A model generated the notes under the pieces. The model was not told the origin of the DNA and ran no database searches. It saw nothing but the letters and a program-made list of their open reading frames with translations. Below, piece after piece: positions 21,301 to 33,680 of a DNA stretch of 36,101 nt (position 1 is the first letter of the stretch; every line of letters starts with the position of its first letter). The translations under genes were made by a program, and so were the position numbers. The DNA is from Phoronis australis (Eukaryota > Animalia > Phoronida), in assembly GCA_002633005.1 (NCBI GenBank), contig NMRA01000009.1, positions 427,455-463,555 of the forward strand. The letters run 5' to 3'.

Positions 21301-24300
21301 TCAAGTTAAAAATCAACAGGCAAGGCTTAATAGGGATATTGATGTTCTCAGTAATTGTAAAGCTGTGTTGGATTGGCTGTGGTGTTTAGGCCTACACTGT
21401 TATTTATATATGCTCGTAACTCATATAAACACTACAAGACTGGGACTATAACCCACACAAACATTACAAGACTGGGACTATAACCCACACAAACATTACA
21501 AGACTAGGACTATAACCCACACAACATAACAAAATTAGGACTATAACCCATACAAACACTACAAGACTGGGACTATAACCCACACAAACATTACAAGACT
21601 GGGACTATAACCCACACAAACATTACAAGACTAGGACTATAACCCACACAAACACTACAAAACTAAGACTATAACCCACACAAACATTACAAAACTAGGA
21701 CTATTACCCACATATTACTCACAAAGAATTTTACATGTTCTTTCATTTTATGATTTTCAAGTGGACGCAAAATCGTTAGAACATCACCAAAAACAGGAAA
21801 CAAATAGTATTTTCTAGCTAGGAAAGCTCTGAAAAATAGGAAAGCCAATAACCGCCTGATGTAGATGTGAGTGTATAAAAAGAAAGTTACCTTATTTGCT
21901 TGGTAATATAGGACCACCAGATATCTGTTGCACACATTGAAGCCAGACAAATGGTCGCATGCATTCTTGGCATCAAAGATATCTTCATAGACAACGAATG
22001 CTGTACCTTTAGTTTCAGGTGTTGTGCCGCTAAAAGCAAAAGATTCAATCTCTTATTCACTTCAACAGGCAAAGGAAACATTTTTGGGGATATTTTCTGA
22101 CGACACAAATCACCGATAAAAACTATTGAAGTCAGACTCATCTCAAGTTTGTCAATATGTTTGCTAAATTTCAGAGACAATAGAAACATGAAATTACATT
22201 AGCAACCTCACTTCCCTCAAATGATGCGTTTACAGTTTGTAAAGGTCAGGGAAAATAATTTACACTGAAATCAGTCTAAGATAACTTGTGATGATCATTC
22301 AGGAACAAAAGGTTACAAAAAATATTTAATGAGAGCCTTTTAAAGAAATGTTAATCTAATGGTCCATTTCACCACCATAACTTACACGATTGAATAAATT
22401 GAAATTGTGGGATTGTTTCAATCATTCTTAACATCACTTGCAATGAATTGTTTTGCCTCATGAACACGCAGTAAAATTATCATAAAGTTTACAGTCGAAG
22501 TCCCATACAGCTATAATTAATTAATGCATTAGTGTGAGATCTTTTGACAGCAATAATTACATTATTAATTTCAAATTGCTAAACTTTGTGGCCACAGAAG
22601 GAATCCGTGAACTCCACTCAATCTGTTGATACCATTTAACTTACTAAGAGACCTACAAATATTTCCCAGTCGCTGGTATTTAGTTTTGCAGAAGAAGCAG
22701 TGTAAAAGACTCATTACTGGTAGATGCTCGACATAAATTGCATAAATTAATTCTTAAACCGTGATGAGCTAACAAAAAATTTGTCAATAATTGTGAAGTG
22801 GTAGTGTAGATCAAATTTTTTGATTTCCCCAAATCATTACTTAAACTGCACTCCGCTCTATTCAGATGATTAAAAAACAAAAACTGAATTATGGTTATTA
22901 CTCTCATAATAATCCTTACAACAGGATTTGATTCCAACAAGAACCTTGAAACCATCACTGACTGAAGCAAATGTTTCCTCAGTTAATTATGCACAACTAT
23001 AGCACATACGCATCAGTCACTCAAAACACTTCAGTTTTTGTTGCCAATCATGTAATTGTGAATTCAATAATGGCTGGACTTGAGTAGGAAATGGAAATAA
23101 AATCCTATCCTGAGAAACATTACGAAACGGATTTTACAAGAGCAAAAGACCTAGTTTGATTACCCACCTAAACAGACCCTGTAAAACAATCAACTTTCTT
23201 CATAGGTATATTCCAAAGCAATGTTACTGCGTTTTTCCTTTGTTACAATAAATGGAACCATCACTTCAAGCCTAGCTAATAGATACAATTTGAGTAAAGA
23301 ACAACACAAGATTTATTTTATTATAGTAAGTGACCTGAATCAAAAGTTGACTTTGATAGAAGGCATAGGTTTATTGCATCTTTAAAATAAAAGTTTGCTG
23401 TTTCCCCCACATAGCTGTGCCATCATGACAACAGTCTGTTTCCCCCACATAGCTGTGCCATCATGACATCAGTCTGTTTCCCCCACATAGCTGTGCCATC
23501 ATGACAACAGTCAGCTTGGAAGAGCAAGCCATTAGTCATACTTACACCCTGATTTGACGTATTGCACCATACTTTCCAAATATATCATACATTTCTTCAG
23601 CGGTTATCTTGTATGGTAGATTCCTAATGTACAGTATTCTGTTCACTTCTGGGGGAAGTCGAACCTGCAAGACAGTACAACAGCTGTTTTTGGCAATTTT
23701 AAATTGACATACAGTAATTGGCGACTATGAAGCATGAATACAATGTGTAAAATTAGTTCCATTTGTCTTTAATGGTTGTGTCTTCACTAAACAAACATTA
23801 AGTTAAGCATCAATATCCACAACAAATGATTCCAAGTGCATTTTTAACTGTCATGCTAAAAACTCGCCTGCTTGTCGGCAATATTACATCGCTCTTGTAC
23901 ACCCTCTATATATTATAGTGTGACATCAAGCAGCTGATGGTAATGCCATAGGTTGACACAAAAATTTGCAAACTTCAAGAGCCATGCCAGCTTGTCGTCT
24001 GCCGCACTACATAAAAGACGTATACGAAAAAATCAGGCCAGAGAAATGTGACGGTGGTTTTGCCAACACTCCCAATTCGATTTAGGAAGGAAGCCCTCGG
24101 ATTTTTAGCAATTCTCATACCACACGGAAAGGTGTCAAGTTCTCCCTATTTTGATGAAATTTCCCCAACTTAGTTTTCAGGAAACGTATAATTGCCGGGT
24201 TAGTGAGGAAATGTGGCGACCAAAGGGACAGCGATTTCAGAATTCAAAGATTGGTAAAACGTTACTGGATGTTGTAAGTCAGGTTTTGTTTTTCGCTTTT

Positions 24301-27300
24301 TGTCAATCAAACTGGCATTAGCAGATTTCACCAATGTCGCTGGTGGTTCTTTAGTACGCACAAGCATGAAGTTACTCAGGGTCGATCAGAACCTACTGAA
24401 AAGGAAGGTTGCGTGCCCTGGTGCTTAATTGAAATTTCTCAAAACTTTGAGAGGATGCTTAGTGAGCACTGGGCGCTTACCGTATTCCTAAAAAAATCAA
24501 AGGTGTTAGACGCATACTATACATGAATGTTTGTGGTAATGAGAAATTGAATGACTGCAATTGTAAGAAATGTTATTATGATACAATTTCTTGGGGCAAA
24601 CTCTGCCTAAGCATGTCTGTGTATAGTTTCTACCTTCCAGTATAGACACCCGGAATACATGGGCCAGCTTCAGCCGGAATAATATTCTTCCCATCTACGA
24701 AAATTGGCGCTAATGAGAGGAGGTGTGCAGAAAGAAGATTAAAAAGATCGCTAACATGTGGTTACGAGCTTGAAACATCAGGCCTAGGCAACATCAAGCC
24801 ACGGAAACATCAGGCCTAGGCAACATCAAGCCACAGAAACATCAGGCCTAGGCAACATCAAGCCACGGAAACAACGAAATTAGAACAACATACGTCAGTG
24901 ACACATGTCTCTCATACACATGCGCGTGCTCAGCCCTAGAAAGCAGGGCTTGAAAATTTGTTTGCTGTCTTGACAGAAAAAACGAGACGCATATTGAAAC
25001 AGGCCGTCACTTGACAGCATTCCCATGTCAAGGTCTGTCTGGACATTGTGCGCAAACAGCGGGACCAACCAGTGCCGCATTGCAATGATGTTGTCGGGGA
25101 TATTGTAATAGACTAATCAGGACATCTTGCATGAAAAATAAATGTTTTTCATCAGGAAGTCGATAAGTTGGTCGTCAATGAGTGAAACATCACTGTGACC
25201 ATTTATCACATATTGATGCCGTGGTCCCAATTTGTTTGCCGGCGCATCAAAAAATTTGCAAAAGTAGCCGAAACACTATCCAGGTCACAAATGTGTCCTG
25301 CAGCTCCTTATGTCGAGCGCTGAGTCCCGGCTGATTACAACAGACAACGAACTTTCGCGGACTCGGTGAGAACACATTTACTGGTTAGAGCTCGACACTA
25401 ACTTAGTCACACAGAAAACCGAGGGAACCGATTACCCGAATAATTGGCGATTTGAATACAAGTTACTTTCACCAACAAAACGAGTTCAAGCTATTTTTTG
25501 TTTGGCCACCAACTGTACGAAGTATTTTTTTCCCTAGGACCCCCACTGTACGGGTTCACTAGACTCCTCCCCAGTCAAAGTGATTTGTATTTTTTTACAT
25601 AAAATATTAAGCAAATACTTGTCAAGTAGTGCTCTTGCAGTAACTTTTGATTGACGACCGACTCATGTCCGCTTACCTCCAATTCTTATCTTCATTGCCT
25701 AGCGTGTTTCACGCAAAGGCATCGGGCGTTCGAGATAAGACAGCCGAACTAAACCTTGGGTCACGGAGTCTCAAACATAAACATTCCTAACCGCAGAAAA
25801 CACACCTGGATTAGTTTTTAAACATTTATTTTGTTAAATAACTACTTAATTGCTCTCTCACTCGGAACTTGAAAGCTAATACGCGCACAATTCTACTCAT
25901 GTCATGGGAATATAATCATTAATTTAACCTATACAATATAACCTCTGCAACACGTGAAGCTTGCACGTGCACACTTGTGCACTGTTGCTACGTGAGAATA
26001 GTTGCAATCCAAGTGAAGTGGAATCAGCTCTAACAAGACCGCAGGGTGGCACCGTACTAGTATTCCGCAATTTTGTAAATTTATTTGTGTAGGACTAATC
26101 TGAGGCTAGCAGAACCTTTGTTAGGAAATCCACCGTAATGACATTTTTACCACCATTTAGCGACACACTGGAAAATCCTATCACCACTTTTGCTGTCGCC
26201 AAAAATGGTGATCTGAAAAACGACTTTTCGAGCTCTATATTAGCGTAGTACAGCAAATCACGGATTCCAAATTACCCGAATAGAATTGGCGCTTATCCAT
26301 TTGTGTTCTTTAATAACAATATGAATTTTCACTTCACCTATCAAAAAAGCGTGTACGAATTATTTTTTCTGACGCAAATACCTATACGAACTACTTTTGC
26401 CTTGGACTCCTACTGTGCGAACTATAAGAGACAAACATCATGTTTCAAGGGCCGTGTATGAACTAATAGAATGCACGAACTATTATACAGAAAACATTGT
26501 TGTAATAGATTATGTATTGCGACCGCTAGATGGCGTGTTGTTTGATGTACGCTCTCTATTGTCTGAAAAATAGATATCAATCTTAATTCTAGAATTACAA
26601 GTAGTTCTATAGCTAACGTATAAAAGTTGAAAAATGTAAAGAGAAAAAATTCCTTCACTTTTATTTCAACTTAAGCTGGTAAATTATTTGAACTTTTCGA
26701 TGTCACATAACTAGGTAACTGGGAAAGTGTATGAAAGTCTGTAAGAAATGGGGTCTAAGCGATCACGTAAAGTTGCTAACTTTACTTTATTAGCAGGTAA
26801 GACATGAAAAATGATGACCAAGCACTGTGTACAATTACTCTGCAATAAATTCTTCAGTTTTTCAAAGAAGTCAAGTGTAGTTACCCACCTTTGACATGAT
26901 TCGAATTCGACATAATGATTGTACTAAAACTAGACTGTTTGCAGTTTCCTTAACCTAAACATGCCTGTGTGATGTCAATAGTAGTAACACACTGATACAC
27001 AACTTTCCTCCACTTCTTTTGGTTAATGTCCATTTCACCAATATGGCTAGACAGTGACCACCGTCTCTAGCTGAACTACACAGTGAAGTTCAGACAGGCG
27101 CTTCATAGGCCGGAAGCTTCTCGGCGAATTATGCCTCACACTACTTAAAAAAATCAAAATCACCTTGTTATAAGTACCTTTTGCGCATAGAGGGATACCT
27201 TAGGTGGCCGTCAATGACTTTAATTCCTTCCAATTCGAACAAAAACTACCGTTATCAAAATTTTTCTTTGAGCATTTCTTTGCTCAGCTCCCAAAATTGG

Positions 27301-30300
27301 AAACTGGCCACTTGTAACACTGCGCGTGGCAGATGGTATGACGTCATATCCCCTGGCGTGCGCTGAGTAAAATGGCCAGCTTCCGATTTTGGGAACTAAA
27401 CGAAGGAATGCTCAAAGAAAAAGTATGATAACGGGAGTATTTGCTCGAGATGGAAGGATTTAAAATCACCTGCGGCCTCCAAGGTTAGGGTGAGCAAACC
27501 AAAATGCCAATTTCATAAGAAATGCATGAACATGGTTTCAAATGATAGATCTTGACCTGCCATTTGCAATACTTTTTCAATTTTTGAAATCCATTGGACG
27601 GTTCTAGGGTTATTTTAAGGGCTGTTCCAGCAAAATCCGTATGGGAGAGGGGAACGGCAGTTGAAATAAAAATTCATGGGTGGTGGTCTTCAGAAGAAAA
27701 CTCAAATTATGGGTGGTGGTTCTTGTAAGAAGTAAAGCATTAAAACTGGGTGGTATATTTTGACCTGAAAATGTAGACAGGTTGGTATTTTCAGCCACAC
27801 ACATCTCAAAAGAAATCAAAACTTACCAAAAATTCACTTGGCAAATACCCAAACATATCCCAAAACAAATATCAAACCCATGTTGCTAGTGTACAGAGTG
27901 CAATATGTACACTATGCCATTAATCAAGTGATGGGCAACTTGATTATAGGCACATGTTGTACTGCAGTCACATTAGAATGAAAATTTTTGCAACATTAAA
28001 CTGGTGTTAACACATATAAAAAGTATGAGGAGTCCGATAATAGACAAGTTCCAATATTCACTTGACATAGTCTGAAAGCATTCGTGGAGAGTTTGTGATT
28101 CATAGCAATTCAACCAATTATCTCAAGAACCACTTGGCGGATCATGATGAAATTTAGTATAGAGGTACTTAGCAAGAATGCGCCTGCACCAGTGGATTTC
28201 CGGGCGGATTTGGCAATTGGCCGCTTTCGTTTTCAACGAGCCATTCCTTGTATGTTGATTATCTCAAAAACTGCTTCACTGATCACTGACAGTGAAAGTC
28301 AAAATAGAAGTATATCGCAAGAATGTGCCGGCACCAGTCAATTTTTGGACGCTGGATTCAACTACTGTGGCACCCCATTAGTTTTGAACTGCTCAAGTCT
28401 TGCTTGTCCGACACTTATCTTGAAACAGCTAAACGGATCATGATGACATTTGGCATAGAGATAGATGGCTGGTATGCGCTGGCACCAGTCGATTTTTGGA
28501 GATTTGGCTACTGTAGCAGCCCCTGTAGGGCATTTTAGTTTTTGACAAGACAGGTTGATTATCTAAAAAAGAGCAAGGCACAACTGGGTGAAAATTGGCA
28601 CAAAAATATATGGCAGGGATGGATGCATTGACAGAAGTCATTTTCATTTTGATTCGACCACCCTCTTGGCTACTTTAGTTTTTGACAATATTGAACAGGA
28701 CAACTAGTTCATGTCTGTCGATCATCTAAGTTCTTAACAGGTCATCCTGGAGGCAATTTGTTTTCAAGTGTTGGATTTTGACCTAATCAAAAATCATGGG
28801 TTGTGGGTTGGAGAAATAAATGAAAAATATGGACGGTGGGTACGAAATAAAAGTGCCTTCGCCCCTCCCATACATTTTTTTGCTGGAACAGCCCTAACAA
28901 TTTAGACCCTCAAAAATGGCCTTTTTTCAGCAAACGAAACCTTGAAAATTTCAAGGCAAATTTGTTGGCATGTTTAAAGATCTGTAATTGAAAACCTTTG
29001 GCCCACTGTTGCTCTAAAACAAGATGACAAATACTTTCCATACAGGTTAACATCATAAAATCAAAACCACATCATGAAATGTTGTATTTTGCAAGCGAAG
29101 GAATAATCCAAATTTCTAAATTCAGAGTCGACAGAGTACCTTTGAACTCAAAACAAAACTCGAACAAGGATAATTTGAAATCTGAAAGAATGACGTCTTT
29201 GAAAACATCACAACACATCAGGAATTGCTAAGGATTAGAAAAAAAAAGTCATTTAGGTTTTAATACTTTTTAAAAGAAATTGCAAAAAATGAATTTTGAT
29301 TGCAAATACATGCAAAAAATGACGAAACCTCGAAATTACGACATTTCAAGGAATTTCGTCATTTATTTGAACACCGATTATCATGTTTGAAATATTCTTT
29401 TTTGTTATATCCTGTCCATACTTCTGTAATCATAAACTATATAACATACTACAAAAAATAAAAGTACACATTTTTAATTAAACAAATTTCAATGAAACAT
29501 TAAAATTTGCTGTAATTTCAAATCGATTTTATAAAACATGAAGAATATCCTGGTGGAAACTTTTTGCAGTTAGGAACATCAAAAAAGGTTAACTTAGAAT
29601 TCTAAAAGAAATTTAAGGCACTGCCAATTCCATTTCATTGTGATTTAAAGGAAAATCAAATTTTGAATAAAATTGAACTGCTTGCAGCGCCCCCAAGAGG
29701 CGAGAAAGTGTTAACAATGAACATATATTAAAAACTTTTGAACACTAATTTTGTTTCAGAAATATTGTGTATTATTTCAAGCAACTTTATTTGCCCCAAA
29801 TTCTACTTTTTGTATTTAATGAAAATTATTGACACGTTGCTCTAGCAACAATTGACCAATCACGTTCCAGATTATCTTGAACTCTGAAGAGGTCAACATG
29901 GATCTTCAAATTTGACTGCACCTGTCTTTTTGTATGTGCTCCTGGATGGACCATGCTTCATCAACTGATAAAAGTTTAATTGAAATTTGTTAGGATAAGA
30001 TTGATGATGATGATGACATTGAGTGTACACTTTTAAAAAAAATTTAGGTCGGGAAGTTAGGAGGTGGTAAAGCGTAAAAATCAAATTTTCTACTATTTTT
30101 ATCAAAAAAATTAAAAATGAACACTCAGGGTTGAATGCGATCAAAATTAGGTCTTCTGAACGATCGAAAACTCGCCATGAAAACTTGGCCTTGACTTCGA
30201 GAAAAGAACGTGAGGAGGTGTGCACGCATCTAAACTACATCCTATCCAAATTTCATGTTTGTAATCGAGAGTATAGTGCTCTTTTAAATTGGAAGAACAA

Positions 30301-30982
30301 GAGGTACTTTTTCGAAAGTTGATCGCATGGCGAAAAATCGTGCAGTAAAAAAACTTACAAAAATGATTTATCAGCGATAATTCGTGACACAAAGATTACA
30401 AACTTACAAAAAATTTGAAATAAAGATCAAGGTAATGATTTATAACACAAAATTGTCTTATAGTTAACTTTGAAGTCTGAAGTTGGGTAATTTACCGATG
30501 TGGGTTTTACACGGAGGCAGATATGGAGCACCGTGACCTACTTTTTGATTGTCCTCCCTACCCGGCTTAGCAAGTGCCTAACAAAGGCTCATATATGATT
30601 CACCGGAAGCACTTTCACAACAGTACTTATAACAACGCATTTGTATCAGTGTGAGGCATAATTCGTCAAAAAGCTTCCAGCGCCTCTACTAGCCAGCAAG
30701 AGACGGTGGTCTATCCTATGGCCTGTCTATTTAGAGATCAGTGACAGAGTTGGCTCGGGTCAAGACGTCGTGACGACGTTGTCAACACAGTTATATTTGA
30801 TGACAACAATCACATGCCCAATATATTTGAAAGATTGTATTGAAAACACTACGCAATGGCAAGCTTGAAGCTTTAGTTCACACATTCTAAGATATCTTAT
30901 GCCTGTATAACCGAGTATTCGTAACATTTGCCGTATCATTTTCTGTAAAACTTACATTGCTGTTTTTTCTGTTCATCGCCAT
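18267..30982 (-). CDS. SF3B6: SF3B6 (SF3b p14) gene span; join(30956-30982, 23546-23664, 21891-22029, 18267-18359), 125 aa
   Basis: Spliced product [125 protein letters not shown] is near-identical to the known p14 RRM protein. All introns are GT-AG with consistent phases (0,2,0). Confidence 0.96.
18588..18695. repeat. 35-bp tandem repeat x3
   Basis: CAGCTGGCACATTTCACTTACAGCCTTGGGGAAG(T/C). Confidence 0.95.
18993..20588 (-). mobile_element. Helentron/HINE element, same family as 11565-12854, opposite strand
   Basis: Begins AACAAGAGCAATGCGGAATGTTGAAAGCGCCCACGAA (reverse complement of the 3' end); repeated GCCACTAG units; degenerate GGAC microsatellite and 5' IR near 20520-20588. Confidence 0.8.
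20760..21015 (+). pseudogene. Decayed LINE ORF2 C-terminus (RTE-X/L2-like CCHC region)
   Basis: [16 protein letters not shown] [frameshift] LYIKLPL...[17 protein letters not shown]...[21 protein letters not shown]. Confidence 0.8.
21427..21712. repeat. 32-bp minisatellite, ~9 copies
   Basis: AAACATTACAAGACTRGGACTATAACCCACAC units. Confidence 0.97.
21891..22029 (-). CDS. SF3B6: SF3B6 exon 3
   Basis: ttttag|C GGC ACA...AAT AAG|gtaact; [46 protein letters not shown]. Confidence 0.98.
23398..23512. repeat. 38-bp tandem repeat x3
   Basis: CTGTTTCCCCCACATAGCTGTGCCATCATGACAACAGT, ~35 bp from the SF3B6 exon 2 donor. Confidence 0.96.
23546..23664 (-). CDS. SF3B6: SF3B6 exon 2
   Basis: ttgcag|GTT CGA CTT...AGG GT|gtaagt; [39 protein letters not shown]. 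Confidence 0.98.
24040..24872. repeat. Dispersed repeat copy 2 (inverted relative to 2255-3015), ending in a 32-bp tandem repeat x3 (24772-24872)
   Basis: Shared blocks with copy 1; tandem unit GAAACATCAGGCCTAGGCAACATCAAGCCACG. Confidence 0.8.
27176..27485. mobile_element. Palindromic MITE (family B), right tip truncated
   Basis: Arms pair along their length (e.g. TTTTTCTTTGAGCATT / AATGCTCAAAGAAAAA; CCCAAAAT / ATTTTGGG). Same family as 4631-8630. Confidence 0.8.
27486..30560. mobile_element. hAT-like non-autonomous element (TAGGG...CCCTA)
   Basis: Ends TAGGGTGAGCAAACCAAAA and TTTTTGATTGTCCTCCCTA. Its last ~420 bp (30142-30559) are repeated at 33272-33679. No TSD. Confidence 0.6.
27619..28894. 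mobile_element. PIF/Harbinger-like non-autonomous element with TAA TSD
   Basis: TAA|GGGCTGTTCCAGCAAAA ... TTTTGCTGGAACAGCCC|TAA (17-bp perfect TIR, imperfect to ~40 bp). Contains HINE-type repeats at ~28115-28690. Confidence 0.85.
30956..30982 (-). CDS. SF3B6: SF3B6 exon 1 (coding part)
   Basis: CAAG ATG GCG start context; MAMNRKNSN|gtaagt; phase 0 matches exon 2; resembles the MAMQAAKRAN N-terminus of vertebrate p14. Confidence 0.88.
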
Positions 30983-31284
30983 CTTGAATTTTGATGTCTC
31001 TGAACAAAAGCAGAAGTTCAATGATCTTCTGCAGTCATTTTAGTTAAACAAATTCTGTGTCTGATTTATAATTAACTTTAAAAGATTGAAACTATATTAT
31101 AATATAGACTAATTCAATTACCACTTTGAAAAAATCACCCTTTTGATTAGGTTGCAGGCTTATATGACGTCAATTCACTTCCGGGAGCAGACGTGTGAAA
31201 GTATTGCGCTGTTCAGACTTTATAAACACTAGATTAAACGTGTTCAACACTCGTCAGCAGTTAAAAAAACTGGGAATACACATT
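30983..31284. promoter_or_regulatory. Probable bidirectional promoter
   Basis: Perfect CRE TGACGTCA (31165-31172) next to ETS-like CACTTCCGG (31176-31184); YY1-like AAGATGGCG over the SF3B6 start; lies between two divergent ATG + GTAAGT exons. Confidence 0.6.
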
Positions 31285-31339
31285 ATGATGGAAGATGAAA
31301 AAGACATGTCCAGTATTGAACGTCCGGCAAGTGGGAGTG
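31285..31339 (+). CDS. Putative first coding exon of an unidentified divergent gene (MMEDEKDMSSIERPASGS)
   Basis: ATG followed by 18 codons +1 nt and a consensus donor G|GTAAGT. Downstream exons not identified. Confidence 0.45.
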
Positions 31340-31399
31340 GTAAGTTATGTGTAAAAATCACATTCTTCGACAACGTTTTCCTTGGTCTGCGATCTTTGA

Positions 31400-33680
31400 T
31401 AGGGAGGACAACGTTTTTTAATTTTTTTTTACAATACCCATGTGTCATACATTTTTGAAAAGCCCTTGGTGTGAGAAATAAAATGGTGCGAAAATCAGAA
31501 AAATTGGACAAGCGGTTAACGAGAAAATGGCCGTTGAAACACGACGATTATGCGTAAAATATTTGCCTTTTTACATAATTTCGTAAAAAATAAAAGAATA
31601 TATCATCAGAGGTCCTAAAGTCGTGAGTGCCCTAAAGTCGTGAACGATCTTATTTCCTCTTCTTCGCGGTTCTGCGTCATCTGGCGTTGAAGTTTCCAGC
31701 GTTCGTCTGCTTACGAACGTCAAACGAATACCCGGACGTGTTCGTATTCACAATATGATAACAAACAGTGAGTGAGTGGCTTCTTTTTTCAAATGTATCT
31801 TAAAAACAGCATATTTCACTAATTCACTTTTTTGAGCATTTTTGGGACGTATGTTCGAAAATATTTATCGTTCAGATTTACTCAAACACGCGCTCCAGGG
31901 GTAGCTTCAACAATGTATCAAAATATCCCAGGGTCGATCAAGTTTTGTATGGCCAAAACAATAAAATACAGAGCGATAATTGATGCTGGGTTCTTAGCAA
32001 TTTACGTGAACAACCTCATTGAAAACGTCTGCGCACATCAAAGTTGGGTGCAAAACTTATAACAATTTATTTCAATTGAAATTGAATTAATAAACAATGC
32101 AATGCATTTTTATGTCATCTAGAGTAACTGTAAGCACTGTAGTTGACTTGTATGGTCATACTTTGTGCATTTCCGTCTAAACGAAACGTTCACGACTTTA
32201 GGGCCTCATTCAAAATGGCCGGCGATATCAGCGACTGTTTTAAAACCCTGCTTACGGATGCAAACAAGGATTCAGATTGTCAAAACATGTATATTTGTGA
32301 AGGCTGATATATGTCCATGACATCACATGAGCAGTTGCAAACGGAGTTGGGTAGTATGACAATCCACTGCTTATTATGCTTATATTCATGACTTTAAGTC
32401 ACCGGTGTATACATGTGCTGCATATAAACAGATTCGTCTCATTGAGACAAACATGGTGGTGTGTATCATATAAAATTTGGATTGATTTCTACAGAGATAT
32501 TGCTGTTTAAGTGTGTTGTTAGCATATAGAACAAGCCCATCATGTTTGATGAAAACAATGGATTACACAGCTTAAAAGGTAAAGAGCAAAGACACCACAT
32601 CAGCACAGAAATAAATACATCTGAGCTAGGAGGAAATTTCACATCAAATCACAAGACCACATTGGTGGATTTGGGGGGGCCAAGGGGGCCTGGCCCGTGG
32701 CCCCCCTAAAACTCCCATATTTCATTTGGCAGTTTGAGGTGCAAATATCTTACAGGTAAAATCCTGCGTAGTACTCTGCCCTGCCCCCCTCCTATCTAAA
32801 AATCCTAGATCTCCCCCTGAATACTACTACATGGGCAACACATCATTGCCTGACAGTGACAGGGGGCTGGGGGAGGCTATAGCTCCCCCACTTTTTCAGT
32901 GCTGGGTGCCACCCATGCTCTATTAGATCGTATCATGGCAAAAAAACATCAGAAAGTAGACAAAAGACCATATGGAAAAACAAATCACTCTTAACATGAA
33001 GGATTTCATCATTTACGCAACAAAAACTTTGTAACAACTTTATTTCGAACAGTGAAGTTGCGATGCCATTGAACTTCAACGTAGCCGCTGGTGGCGCTGA
33101 CATGCGGCGATTAAGTGAACTAACGACAGCTGTTTGAAAAGTGCCAATGCGCAGCAGTTTGACAAAATTTCTGAAAATGAAATATTTACCAATTAAAAGC
33201 GTGATAAATTCCTCATCTAAAAATCGGGGGGCATATTGCACAACTTGAAAAACATCAATCTCCCGACCAACCAAAATTAGGCCTTCCGGACGATCGAAAA
33301 CTCGCCATGAAAACTTGGCCTTGACTTTGAGAAAACAACTTGAGGAGATGCGCACGCATCTAAACTACATCCTGTCTAAATTTCACGTTTGTATTTGAGA
33401 GTATAGTGCTCTTTTGGATAGGAGGAACAAGAGGTACTTTTTCGAAAGTTGATCGCATGGCGGAAAATCGTACGCTAAAAAAAGCTTACAAAAATGATTT
33501 ATCAGCGATAATTAGAGACAAAAAGATTACAAACCTACAAATAAAGACTAAGGTAACGTTTTATAACACAAAATTGTCTTATAGTTAACTTTGAAGTCTG
33601 AAATCGGGTAATTTACCGACGTGGGTTTTACACGGAGGCAAATATGGAGCACCGTGACCTACTTTTTGATTGTCCTCCCA
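31400..33680. mobile_element. hAT-like non-autonomous element with 8-bp TSD
   Basis: ATCTTTGA|TAGGGAGGACAA ... TTGTCCTCCCA|ATCTTTGA (TSD 31392-31399 and 33681-33688). Internal nested repeats (CCTAAAGTCGTGA motifs 31614-32400; GC-box element 32660-32819). Confidence 0.88.

Larger units (their letters stand above)
27056..30711. mobile_element. Outer inverted-repeat element enclosing nested insertions
   Basis: GACCACCGTCTC..GGAAGCTT..CGAATTATGCCTCACACT..TTGTTATAAGTAC (27056-27177) is mirrored at 30623-30711. Confidence 0.7.

Noticed and set aside
25677-25695. ATG + GTAAGC mini-exon as SF3B6 exon 1
   Set aside because: Phase 1, does not fit phase-0 exon 2; 30956-30982 fits both phase and sequence.
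29893-30392. ORFs in hAT-like element ends (also 32933-33588)
   Set aside because: Frames are not conserved between the two copies and show no transposase motifs; non-coding subterminal DNA.
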